A stretch of DNA of 64,000 nt, from NCBI GenBank assembly GCA_035697485.1, contig DASSCU010000043.1, positions 11,548 to 75,547 of the forward strand, given 5' to 3'. Shown piece after piece: positions 49,701 through 57,597 of the stretch. The notes beneath the pieces were generated by a model, which was not told where the DNA came from, did not search any database, and saw nothing but the letters and a program-made list of their open reading frames with translations. Every line of letters begins with the position of its first letter. Position 1 is the stretch's first letter. The translations under genes and the position numbers were made by a program. This DNA is from Actinomycetota bacterium. Its GTDB lineage: Bacteria; Actinomycetota; UBA4738; HRBIN12.

Positions 49701-49772
49701 GCAGAGGGTGGGGACGAAGGCCGGTTTGACGTTGCCGACGGCACCGGGACCACGACAGCGTCGACGGGGTGA
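46746..49772 (+). CDS. 12-TM transporter-like domain (MFS / TLC nucleotide-transporter-like) fused to HEAT/PBS-lyase repeats and a C-terminal cyclic-nucleotide-binding (CAP/CNB) domain
   Basis: 12 hydrophobic helices in the first ~480 aa. Repeated DPDARVRRVAATVLGDL / DGDDAVRADALRSLA HEAT-like units. C-terminal FLRKVPLFSALPPPDLEPIASVAREQAFADGDTIAEQGEPGEAMFIIVSGDV...GEMAVI is a canonical cNMP-binding module. Confidence 0.8.
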   Translation: MSISRAQRSLALRPGEGAPVALIVAISFFVAAGLMIGQSGIEALFFDRYGVDRLPVMYLVLGGTMFLATLGFGWLVVRLGRGGACIVIPISVAAFALAGRAAIAADVAWITQALWLLQGVGYFVLGLTVWGLAGIVTDTRQAKRFFPLIGAGSVLGYVIGGLVTKPLATWLGTPNLLLVWVATLVGAVGLSTVLLARANRQAVGTDRRPDATGQLTVGLRYVARSTLMRWLALGSILFSLLFFSLYLPFSRAATDRFPNPDDLAGFFGLFFGVSTGVAFVLSLFVTNRALARFGVPTVLLVLPLLYVVAFGVLAIEDGFATLMVFRFAQVAWLQGGASSTTEAVINTVPPDRRDQTRAFIYGGPTQVGTILAGVIALVGERALAPRVLYLIGLTAAVLATIAMIGVRRAYPRELVQALREGRPRVFGADQYGSVAPEPFGLARADASALEVAVGGLGDPDARVRRVAATVLGDLDAPVARDALVGALDDGDDAVRADALRSLARSGAIEAVPDILRRTTDRAPAVRVATAHALRTLGVPPEAASHAAAPLMHDPDPFVRVSAAAALAALDDHRAATITLIELAGSVDDDVRIAAFREMRGLGSKVTLDVVLGGMQDDAPLVRAEAARVCAELARINTDAEGARALDALVSAACDRQRVVREAARDGLATIGEPAVDPLMRSLDARNLRAGALAALERLPVGNRADQLRAFAASTVQEAVERHGVGTALEDDGGEAVRLLKDSLLFLSERDAVLGLRAAALIDGGAQMRVALENLSATDPGQRANALEVIESVAERDIVRPLLTIWEGTPARLELQTVQQRLEHDPDDWIRACVALAARSRGGTMTETLSTLSTMERVLFLRKVPLFSALPPPDLEPIASVAREQAFADGDTIAEQGEPGEAMFIIVSGDVAVTSGRGEERRVLATRSQGDVVGEMAVITSEPRIADLVCDGPVRVLSIDRPRFEAILRERPETSLGVIRVLCQRLAEGGDEGRFDVADGTGTTTASTG

Positions 49773-50518
49773 CCTTTCAGCGACAGGCTCCTGCGTTCGA
49801 GCCCGTCGAGATCGATCCCCGAAGCGGCTGCGGCGGCATCGGTGACCAGGATCTCGCCCGGCCCCGCTTGGGCGGCGACGTGGGCGGCGACGTTGATCGC
49901 ATCTCCCAAGGCCGTGAAGTCGCTCGTTGCCCCGCTCGAGACCACCCCGACGAACGCCGTGCCCGTATGCACCCCCGCACCGAGGGGCAGCCACGGGCCG
50001 TCGTCGTCTCCGTGCCCAGTCGCGACCAGCAGGTGCTCCGCCGCGCGCACCGCCGCGGCGGCGTGATCCTCACCCGCCGTGAGCGGCATGAAGAAGCCTA
50101 CGACCTCGTCCCCAACGAACTTCTCCACGATCGCGTCGTGAGCGAGGAGCGCGTCTGTCGCGACCCTGTAGAAGCGCTGCATCAGGTGCGCGAACTCCAT
50201 CGTGCCGATCTGCCTCGCGATGTCGCTCGAGCTCCGCACGTCGGCGAACAGGAAGGAGAGTTCGATCTCCGCGCCGCTGACGTCCTTCGTCGACAACCAC
50301 GTCACGCATCGCGAACAGAGGTTGGGGTTCTTCGCCCACGGGGTGAAGCCGAACGGCCCCAGGAGAAGCGGCCCCACGCCCGCGAACGGGACCGAGCACA
50401 GCCTGCACCGGGGTCCCTTGGGCAGGAGGCGGAACACGAAGTGCCCGAAGTGCGCGGACGGATGTGACCCGTCGAGGTAGGCGCGCCATTCGTCCTCGGC
50501 GGTCGCGTACCTCGGCAT
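49691..50518 (-). CDS. Class III adenylate/guanylate cyclase with N-terminal Cys4 zinc-ribbon-like segment
   Basis: CRLC...CSRC N-terminal, then cyclase core LFADVRSSS...GDEVVGFF...GVHTG...GDAINVAAHV. Confidence 0.8.
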   Translation of the reverse strand: MPRYATAEDEWRAYLDGSHPSAHFGHFVFRLLPKGPRCRLCSVPFAGVGPLLLGPFGFTPWAKNPNLCSRCVTWLSTKDVSGAEIELSFLFADVRSSSDIARQIGTMEFAHLMQRFYRVATDALLAHDAIVEKFVGDEVVGFFMPLTAGEDHAAAAVRAAEHLLVATGHGDDDGPWLPLGAGVHTGTAFVGVVSSGATSDFTALGDAINVAAHVAAQAGPGEILVTDAAAAASGIDLDGLERRSLSLKGHPVDAVVVPVPSATSNRPSSPPSANR

Positions 50519-50522
50519 CCTC

Positions 50523-52478
50523 TCAGCTCCCCGCCGTGCCGGAATCGGTGGGCTGCCAACGGAGGGTGACGACCCGTACGGGGTCGGCGATGCCTCTCAG
50601 CGAGACCGCGCGCTCACGCTCAACGGGGAAGGGCATCGGCTCGCTCTCGACGGTGCTGCACGTCACGACGATCTCACTCGACTCCGCCAACGCGCCGACT
50701 CGAGCCGCCTGATGCACACCGATACCCGCGTAGTCGTCGCCGAGCACGGTGGCCTCCGCCGCGTGCAGTCCGATCCGGACCTGCGGTGCGAACCCGTGGA
50801 GGCGGCGATGCTCAGCCAGCGTGCGCTGGATCGCCACCGCACAGGTCGCCGCATCGTCCGCGGCGCTGAACGCGGCGAAGTAGCCGTCGCCGGTCGTGTG
50901 AACGACCGCACCCCCATGTCGCTCGATGAGCGTGCTCAGGGTCTCGTTGTGCCAGCGCATGATGCCTTCCCACGCCTCGTCGCCGATCGTCTCGAGCAGA
51001 TCCGTCGATCCGACGATATCCGTGAACATGAACGTCCGCCCGACCCGCCGCCCCTGGGCCTTCTCCCCCGACCTGATCAGGTCGAGGCAGCGCTGTGCCT
51101 CGAGTGCGGCGCCGAGTTGGTCGAACGTAGCGTGCGCAGCTCGGAGCTCCAGCATCGCCGACGCCTCATCGCCGTCCAGCCGGTGCGCGTTCGCCAGGCA
51201 TCGGCGGGCCCCGGCGGTCTCGAACGGCAGGTCGGCCTCCGTCCACAATCTGATGGCCAGGCGGAGTTCCTTGATGGCCCCGCCGGCATCGCCTTCGAAC
51301 GTGAGGACGCTTCCCAGGGCCTGGTGCGCGCTCGCCTGCCATACGGCCGCGTCGTAGCTCTGGGCGATCGTGCCGAGCTCCTCAGCCGCTGAACGCGCCT
51401 CTGCCGCATGGTGGGATGCGAGCGCGATCTCGACCGCCGCGGGGAGCAACCGGGCTCTTGCGACGGCCATCGGCTGTTCCGCGAGCGCTCCTCGGATCGA
51501 CGAACGCGCCGCCACGAACTGCCCGCGTGCGAGCTGCAACAACGCCAGGCCCGGTTGGGCATCGTTGCCACGTTGGTGGGCCATGGCGAATGCTTCGTCC
51601 GCAGCGTCGAGGTCGCCCATACGCAGACGGATCTCCCCGATCTCGCGGAATCCGACGGCGGATACGGGGAGTTCGCCGAACGCCGTCAGCTCTCGGACGG
51701 CTCGTCGCGCCTCGCTCTCGGCCTCGGCGAACGCGCCTCGCAACCGCATGATCTCGGCCTGCCGCACACGGCAATGGCCGGGGAATCCGTTGATCGACTG
51801 GCGCTCGCACCATCGCTTCGTCGCTTCCGTCCATTCGCCCGCCCGACGATAATCGGCGAGATCGATGCACGCGACGATCGTGAAGCAGTAGACGATCCCG
51901 GTCGCGATCGGCGTGAGCTCGCCGGCGACCGCGGCGACCGTGGCCTCGTCGATCAGGTCCATGCCATCCTTGACGTGGGCTTGGCCGATGTGAGCCATGC
52001 CTTGGCACATCAACCCGAACGCCTGCAGGTCCGGGTCGCCGTAGCGCGTGCCGATATCAAGCATCGCCGTCGCGTGCTGCATCATCTCCTCGAAGCTCTC
52101 GCTGCTGCGAGCCTTCGCCAGCTCGAGGTAGCCGTGCTCCACCCCCTCGGACTGAGCCGCGAGCAGTCGCGCAGCACGGCGGAACCAGCCTGCCGCCTGC
52201 GCGGAACCCAATCGGTCTCCCCAACGATCGGCCAGCTGCAGCGCGACGTACGCGGCGCGCCGCTCGTTCCCTTCGTGGTTGTACGCGGCGAATGCCTGCT
52301 CGAGCGCATCGATGCATCGGGCGGGATTGGCCGTCCACCACGCCGCCTCCGCCAACAGCTCCAATTCCTCGCCGGTGAGCGAGCCTTCCGCGGATGCGTC
52401 CGCGAACGCCTCGTACGCGTCCTGCCAGGCGTGGTCCTCAAGCGCCTGACGTGCGCGACCCAGCGTGCTGGCATCCAT
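50523..52478 (-). CDS. TPR-like helical N-terminal domain fused to class III adenylate/guanylate cyclase domain
   Basis: Start ATG 52478 (MDASTLGRARQ...). C-terminal FMFTDIVGSTDL...HTTGDGYFAAF...GLHAAEATVLGDDYAGIGVHQAARV. Confidence 0.8.
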   Translation of the reverse strand: MDASTLGRARQALEDHAWQDAYEAFADASAEGSLTGEELELLAEAAWWTANPARCIDALEQAFAAYNHEGNERRAAYVALQLADRWGDRLGSAQAAGWFRRAARLLAAQSEGVEHGYLELAKARSSESFEEMMQHATAMLDIGTRYGDPDLQAFGLMCQGMAHIGQAHVKDGMDLIDEATVAAVAGELTPIATGIVYCFTIVACIDLADYRRAGEWTEATKRWCERQSINGFPGHCRVRQAEIMRLRGAFAEAESEARRAVRELTAFGELPVSAVGFREIGEIRLRMGDLDAADEAFAMAHQRGNDAQPGLALLQLARGQFVAARSSIRGALAEQPMAVARARLLPAAVEIALASHHAAEARSAAEELGTIAQSYDAAVWQASAHQALGSVLTFEGDAGGAIKELRLAIRLWTEADLPFETAGARRCLANAHRLDGDEASAMLELRAAHATFDQLGAALEAQRCLDLIRSGEKAQGRRVGRTFMFTDIVGSTDLLETIGDEAWEGIMRWHNETLSTLIERHGGAVVHTTGDGYFAAFSAADDAATCAVAIQRTLAEHRRLHGFAPQVRIGLHAAEATVLGDDYAGIGVHQAARVGALAESSEIVVTCSTVESEPMPFPVERERAVSLRGIADPVRVVTLRWQPTDSGTAGS

Positions 52479-52536
52479 CCCGCGGTCCTCCGAGCTTCGA
52501 TGTTGCCACGACGGTCCGCCACCGGGAAGCGACCTT

Positions 52537-53895
52537 GTGGCGAGCGGCACGACCGGCGAGACTGCCCACGTGACGCTCCCCGAGACCCAGTACACGCTCG
52601 CTCCCGACGGCGTGCACATCGCCTATCAGGTCTCGGGCTCCGGCGACATCGACCTCCTGCTGATGCACGGCACCGTGTCGCACCTCGAGATCGCCTGGGA
52701 GGACCCCAAGCTTCGGCGCCTGTACGAGCGGCTGGGCGAGTTCTCGCGCCTGATCCGCTTCGACCGCCGGGGCATGGGCATGTCGGATCCGCTGGACCGC
52801 TTACCGACCTTCGACGAGCAGGTCGGTGACTTCCTCACGGTGATGGACGAGGTGCAGGCGGAGCGACCCGCCGTGATGGGCACCACCGATGCCGGCATGC
52901 TCGCGCTGGCGTTCGTCGCCGAACACATCGATCGGGTCTCCGCGGCGGTCGCGTTCGAGACCGCTCCCCGCCTCGTGCCCTCCGAGGACGACGACTTCGG
53001 CGTGGACCCGGAGATGCTCGCACGGATGGCGAACGCGAGCGTCGTGATCGACATCGACACCCACATCGGGATCGTGGCGCCGGCGCGCAGGGACGAGCCG
53101 GGCTTCAGGTCATGGTTCCGCCGGTACAACCGCTCGGCCTCCAGCGGCATCCGCATCGACGAGTTCATCAGGGAGAACACGCACTGGGACATCCGCGAGC
53201 TCTTGCCCTCGATCGACGTCCCCGTGCTGGTCATGAACCGCAGCCAGAACACGATCCTGCCGATGCGGAACGCGCACGCACTGGTCGCGGCGCTCCCGAA
53301 CGCCCGGCTCGCCGAGATCGACGGGACCGGCACGGCGATCTTCGCGGACGACGTCGAGGACATCGCCGACGAGATCGAAGCGTTCCTGACGGGCACACGG
53401 CCGCCGCCCAGGCGCGACCGGGTGCTCGCGACCGTGCTCTTCACCGACGTGGTGGACTCCACGCGGCTCGCGGCCGAGCTCGGCGATCAGCGCTGGCGGG
53501 AGATGCTCGAGCGCCACCACCGGTTGCTCCGTGCCGAGCTCGACCGCTTCGGCGGGCACGAGGTGCACACGGCCGGAGACGGGTTCCTCGCGACGTTCGA
53601 CTCACCCCGACACGCCATCCTGTGCGCACGGGCAGCAGCCGCCGCGCTCGGCTCTCTCGGCCTCGAGATCCGCGCAGGAGTCCACACGGGGGAGGTCGAG
53701 CGTTCCGACGGCGATGTGCAGGGCCTCGCGGTGCACATCGGCGCTCGCATCTCGGCCATGGCGGGCGCCGGCCAGGTCTTCGTCTCGTCGACGGTGACGG
53801 AACTCGTCGTGGGCTCGGGTCTGGAGTTCCTCGACCGCGGCGAGCACGAGTTGAAGGGCGTGCCCGGCCAGTGGCACGTGTACGAGGTGGCCTGA
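52537..53895 (+). CDS. Alpha/beta-hydrolase fold domain fused to class III adenylate/guanylate cyclase domain
   Basis: GTG 52537 with GGGAAG upstream. N-terminal HG...GMGMSD hydrolase-like region and C-terminal LFTDVVDSTRL...HTAGDGFLATF...GVHTGEVE...GLAVHIGARI. Confidence 0.75.
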   Translation: MASGTTGETAHVTLPETQYTLAPDGVHIAYQVSGSGDIDLLLMHGTVSHLEIAWEDPKLRRLYERLGEFSRLIRFDRRGMGMSDPLDRLPTFDEQVGDFLTVMDEVQAERPAVMGTTDAGMLALAFVAEHIDRVSAAVAFETAPRLVPSEDDDFGVDPEMLARMANASVVIDIDTHIGIVAPARRDEPGFRSWFRRYNRSASSGIRIDEFIRENTHWDIRELLPSIDVPVLVMNRSQNTILPMRNAHALVAALPNARLAEIDGTGTAIFADDVEDIADEIEAFLTGTRPPPRRDRVLATVLFTDVVDSTRLAAELGDQRWREMLERHHRLLRAELDRFGGHEVHTAGDGFLATFDSPRHAILCARAAAAALGSLGLEIRAGVHTGEVERSDGDVQGLAVHIGARISAMAGAGQVFVSSTVTELVVGSGLEFLDRGEHELKGVPGQWHVYEVA

Positions 53896-53896
53896 C

Positions 53897-55441
53897 ATGC
53901 GCGAGGTGACGATCGGCGCCGCTCCCCTCGAGATCGAGGATCTGCTCGCGATCGCGCGAGGCGCCAGGGTCGAGCTCGACGACGATGCGCGCTCGACGAT
54001 CGCGTCGAGCCGGGCGGTCATCGACCGGATGCTCGAGAGCGACCAGCCCGTCTACGGCCTGAATACGGGCGTGGGACACATGAAAGACGTCGTCCTCCCC
54101 GACCAGGCACTGCGAAGCGGCCAGGTGACGCTGCTGATGACGCACGCCGGGGGGACCGGCCCGCCCCTGTCCGCCGAGCGGGTGCGTGGCTCGATGGCCG
54201 TGCGGCTGAACGGCATCGCTCGAGGAGGAGCTGGAGCGAGCCCCCGGGTGGCCGAGGTGCTCGTCGCGATGCTGAACGCCGGCGTCCATCCGGTCGTGCC
54301 GTCCCGCGGTTCGGTCGGTGCCGGCGACCTCGGCCAGATGGCCAGCATCGGACAGGTCATGATCGGCCGCGGCCTTGCCGAGCTCGGCGGCGACGTGCAC
54401 GCAGGCTCGGACGCGATGCGGCAGGCCGGCGTCGAGCCGTTGCGTCTCGAGCCCAAGGACGGACTCACGATCGTGTCGTCGAACGCGGTCTCGATCGCCG
54501 AGGCAGCGATCGTGATCGAGCGGGCGCAGCGAGTCGCCGAACGCGCGGACGTGGTGGCGGCGCTCTCGCTCGAGGCGACGAGCGGCAATCCGTCGGTCGT
54601 CCGTCCGGCGGTGGGCCGGGCCAAGCCCTTCCCCGGCCAGATCGCCGCGTGCGCGGGGGTCGATGAGGCGCTCTCGGGGAGTTTCCTGTTCGAGCCCGGT
54701 GCTTCGAGGTCGGTGCAGGATCCCTTGTCGTTCCGGGTCATCCCTCAGGTGCACGGTGCTTTCCGCGTCGCGATCGCCGCCGCGCGCAGCGCCGTGCACA
54801 TCGAGCTGAACGGGCGCGGCGACAATCCACTCGTCTCGATCGAGGACGACGCGATCGTGCACAACGGCAACTTCCACCCGCTCGTGATGGCGATCGCCTT
54901 CGATCAGTTGCGCGTCGCGATGACGCACGTGGCCCAGATCAGCGAGCGGCGGATGAGCCACCTGTGGGATCTGTTCTTCGAACGGATCGCCGGGGCGGGC
55001 GGGCCGCCGCCGGGCTGGACGCCCCCGCAGATGCTCGGACTGCAGCTGCGCTACCCCGCGGCCGCGACGTACTCCGCGCTGCGACACCTTGCGTCGCCGG
55101 CGACCCTGGACACCCCGCCCCTCGACATCGGCGTCGAGGATCACGCCACCGCTGCCCCCCTCGCGGTGCGCATGACCGAAGACGCCCTCGCCCTGCTCGA
55201 GGAGATCCTGTCGATCGAGGTGCTGATGGCCAACGACCTGCTCGGCATGGCGACCGACGGATCCGTCGGGCCGGATCGTCCGGTGCCCTCGCTGGGAACC
55301 GGGACCGACGCGCTCTCATCGAGCGCTCGCCGGGCGATCGGCGAGCTCGACACCGACCGGTCGACGGCGGACGTTCAGCGTGCCGTCGCGACCGCCATCT
55401 TCGGAGCTCGGACGAACGACGAGCCGACCGTCGGGACCTGA
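53897..55441 (+). CDS. Histidine/phenylalanine ammonia-lyase (HAL/PAL) family homologue lacking the MIO-forming serine
   Basis: Aligns with HutH (YGLNTGVG..., NFHP, QDPLSFRVIPQV), but the Ala-Ser-Gly triad is GSVGA-GDL (Ser deleted) and the conserved Tyr of QDPYSLR is Leu. The start is 1 nt after the upstream cyclase stop. Confidence 0.8.
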   Translation: MREVTIGAAPLEIEDLLAIARGARVELDDDARSTIASSRAVIDRMLESDQPVYGLNTGVGHMKDVVLPDQALRSGQVTLLMTHAGGTGPPLSAERVRGSMAVRLNGIARGGAGASPRVAEVLVAMLNAGVHPVVPSRGSVGAGDLGQMASIGQVMIGRGLAELGGDVHAGSDAMRQAGVEPLRLEPKDGLTIVSSNAVSIAEAAIVIERAQRVAERADVVAALSLEATSGNPSVVRPAVGRAKPFPGQIAACAGVDEALSGSFLFEPGASRSVQDPLSFRVIPQVHGAFRVAIAAARSAVHIELNGRGDNPLVSIEDDAIVHNGNFHPLVMAIAFDQLRVAMTHVAQISERRMSHLWDLFFERIAGAGGPPPGWTPPQMLGLQLRYPAAATYSALRHLASPATLDTPPLDIGVEDHATAAPLAVRMTEDALALLEEILSIEVLMANDLLGMATDGSVGPDRPVPSLGTGTDALSSSARRAIGELDTDRSTADVQRAVATAIFGARTNDEPTVGT

Positions 55442-55472
55442 GCGCCGACGCTGCTGCGTCGCGGCTGCGCGC

Positions 55473-55853
55473 CTACGGTTGCTGCCAGGTCACCGACCGG
55501 ACGTGGATGTAGCAGCCGAACGGCACCTCGATGCGCATCGTGCGGATCGGGCCCATCCAGCGGTAGGACGCGCATCCCTCGGCATCACGCAGGTCGGCCG
55601 AGATCGTCGCCGGCCCGATGACACCGCCGACGTCCCTGAGGAACCGGTAGCGGATGAACGCCGCCCCGGTCGCGCCGACCGAGGCCACGCACTTCACGTG
55701 CAGCTCGGGACCGTCTTCCGGGAACACCTCGCAGCCGCCCGGATTCCGCACACCAGAATAATCGGCTCCATCGCGGGTGATCGGCCCCGCGGCGAGCGCA
55801 GGCGTCGCGATCGCGGCGACGAGGGCGAGGATCAACAGCGTTCGCTTCATCAT
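55473..55853 (-). CDS. Hypothetical small secreted protein (4 Cys)
   Basis: MMKRTLLILALVAAIATPALA signal peptide. Strong SD GGAGGAGGAAAG upstream. Confidence 0.5.
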   Translation of the reverse strand: MMKRTLLILALVAAIATPALAAGPITRDGADYSGVRNPGGCEVFPEDGPELHVKCVASVGATGAAFIRYRFLRDVGGVIGPATISADLRDAEGCASYRWMGPIRTMRIEVPFGCYIHVRSVTWQQP

Positions 55854-56045
55854 CGCTTTCCTCCTCCTGTTCGGTGGTCACGCGGCTGACCGTCGAAGCG
55901 GGGGGTGAGGCCCGTGGGGACAAGCCTGGGGAAGCCGATGGGAAGCGTGCCGGACCCATCGTTACCCGGTTCTCGTTCTCGACCACCCTAACGGTTCACG
56001 AGGATCGGCGGGAGTCGGTCGTGCGGGCGACGGCACCGCAGTACA

Positions 56046-57200
56046 TCAGCCGGTATCGAGGAACGACCGGCGGTCGACCTGCGTCGGGCCTCGCTCGGGT
56101 CCGCCGCGATAAGGGGAGCCGTCGGCTCGGAACCATCGGACCCTTCCATCGGGGGCGCGTGCGACGCTCCACCCGTGCTCGTGGACGAGCCGGTGGTGGA
56201 AGCCGCAGACCAGCAGCAGGTTGTCGAGGTCGGTGGCGCCCCCACGCGACCACCACACGATGTGGTGGGCGTTCACGAACGCGGTCGATCCACACCCCGG
56301 GAATCGGCAACCGCGGTCGCGGTGTCGCAGCTGCCGCATCATCGAAGCGGACGGCTCCCGCCTCGTGCGCCCGAAGGCAACCGGGTCGCCCGCGTCGCTC
56401 TCGGCGACGACCTGCACGCGCGCGTCGCATGCGAGGCGCTGCAGGGTCTCGGGTGGCATCACCGCCCCGTGCTCGGTCTCGACGTTCCGCCTCCCCGCGA
56501 GGGCCTCGAGCGATGCATGGACCACCAGGGTCGCGCGATCGGCGTCGGCGTCGGCCCCGATGCGTTGCGAGCACAGTGCGAGCAGCGCATCGGCCCGTCG
56601 GGCCTCGATGTACGCACCGTCGTGCTCGTCCGGCATGATCGGGATCTGGTCGACGACACGCTGGAGCGCCTTCGCCACGACCGCGCCCTGCGCCGACGGC
56701 ATGCGGGCCTCGAGGCCGAATCGCCGCCCGCCGTCCTGGTACCAGTAGCGCAGCGAACGGTCCCGCTCGAACTCTGCGGTCTCGTCGTGGGCGGCCCTCA
56801 CCTCGAGGTCGGCACGGCGCCGGATCGTGGCGCACGTGACGTCGCCGGCCCACTCGACGAGCTCGCCCTCGGTCTGCGGCGTCGCGAACCGACTGAGCTC
56901 GATCACCTTGTCGATCCCGAGCATCCCGGCCTCGAACGCGGCGGCGATCTGGGGGAGATCGTGGAGCGTGGTCGCCGACTTGATGACGCGATCGGCCTTC
57001 CACCACGACATGCCGTAGCGGATCGACAGCCAGTGCGCCAGATCTCGAGCGCCCGAATCACGCCATGCGCCACGACGGTCGACCTCGGCGATCACGCCGA
57101 ACAGCGCCACCTGCGCCGCTGCGATGTGGCGGTTCAGGGCGTCGGCGACGCCGATCAGTCCGTCGTCGTCGAGCTCAGCGCTCGCGAGGGATCCGTACAT
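56046..57200 (-). CDS. DUF222 + HNH endonuclease-domain protein (actinobacterial 13E12-repeat-type HNH nuclease)
   Basis: N-terminal DUF222-like region and C-terminal HNH CRFPGC...HHIVWWSRGGATDLDNLLLVCGFHHRLVH. Confidence 0.8.
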   Translation of the reverse strand: MYGSLASAELDDDGLIGVADALNRHIAAAQVALFGVIAEVDRRGAWRDSGARDLAHWLSIRYGMSWWKADRVIKSATTLHDLPQIAAAFEAGMLGIDKVIELSRFATPQTEGELVEWAGDVTCATIRRRADLEVRAAHDETAEFERDRSLRYWYQDGGRRFGLEARMPSAQGAVVAKALQRVVDQIPIMPDEHDGAYIEARRADALLALCSQRIGADADADRATLVVHASLEALAGRRNVETEHGAVMPPETLQRLACDARVQVVAESDAGDPVAFGRTRREPSASMMRQLRHRDRGCRFPGCGSTAFVNAHHIVWWSRGGATDLDNLLLVCGFHHRLVHEHGWSVARAPDGRVRWFRADGSPYRGGPERGPTQVDRRSFLDTG

Positions 57201-57597
57201 GGGTTCGATCGTATGCGGGAGCCGACGTTTGGACCGTGACCTGTGTCACGTGCGCGAGCACCCGCCGAGATCGGCTCTGAGCACGACGCCATCCATCCTT
57301 CGTACCTTTGCTCACCCTCGTCACGACCCGTACTCGGCGCGGAAATGGCGGAACATGGTGTCGATGATGCGGTGGCTCGCGATCTCGGGAGTGGCGGCGC
57401 TGGCGTTCGGTGCCGTGGCTCCGTCGGTCAGCCAGGCCAGGCTGCGCGACCCCTGAGGTCGCCCCCGCCGAACGACGGGTGCATATCGGGGGGCGCATCG
57501 ACGTTCGTCTGCCGGAGTTCTCCAGGACTGCGCGAGGCGCGGTCGAGAGACCGGCCATGTATTCCTCGACGCTCGTGGGTGTCGCCGTGTCGATCTC

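Noticed and set aside
57346-57456. 36-codon ORF MVSMMRWLAISGVAALAFGAVAPSVSQARLRDP in the HNH/PK intergenic region
   Set aside because: It is hydrophobic and signal-like but has no convincing RBS and no homology. It is too short to call.
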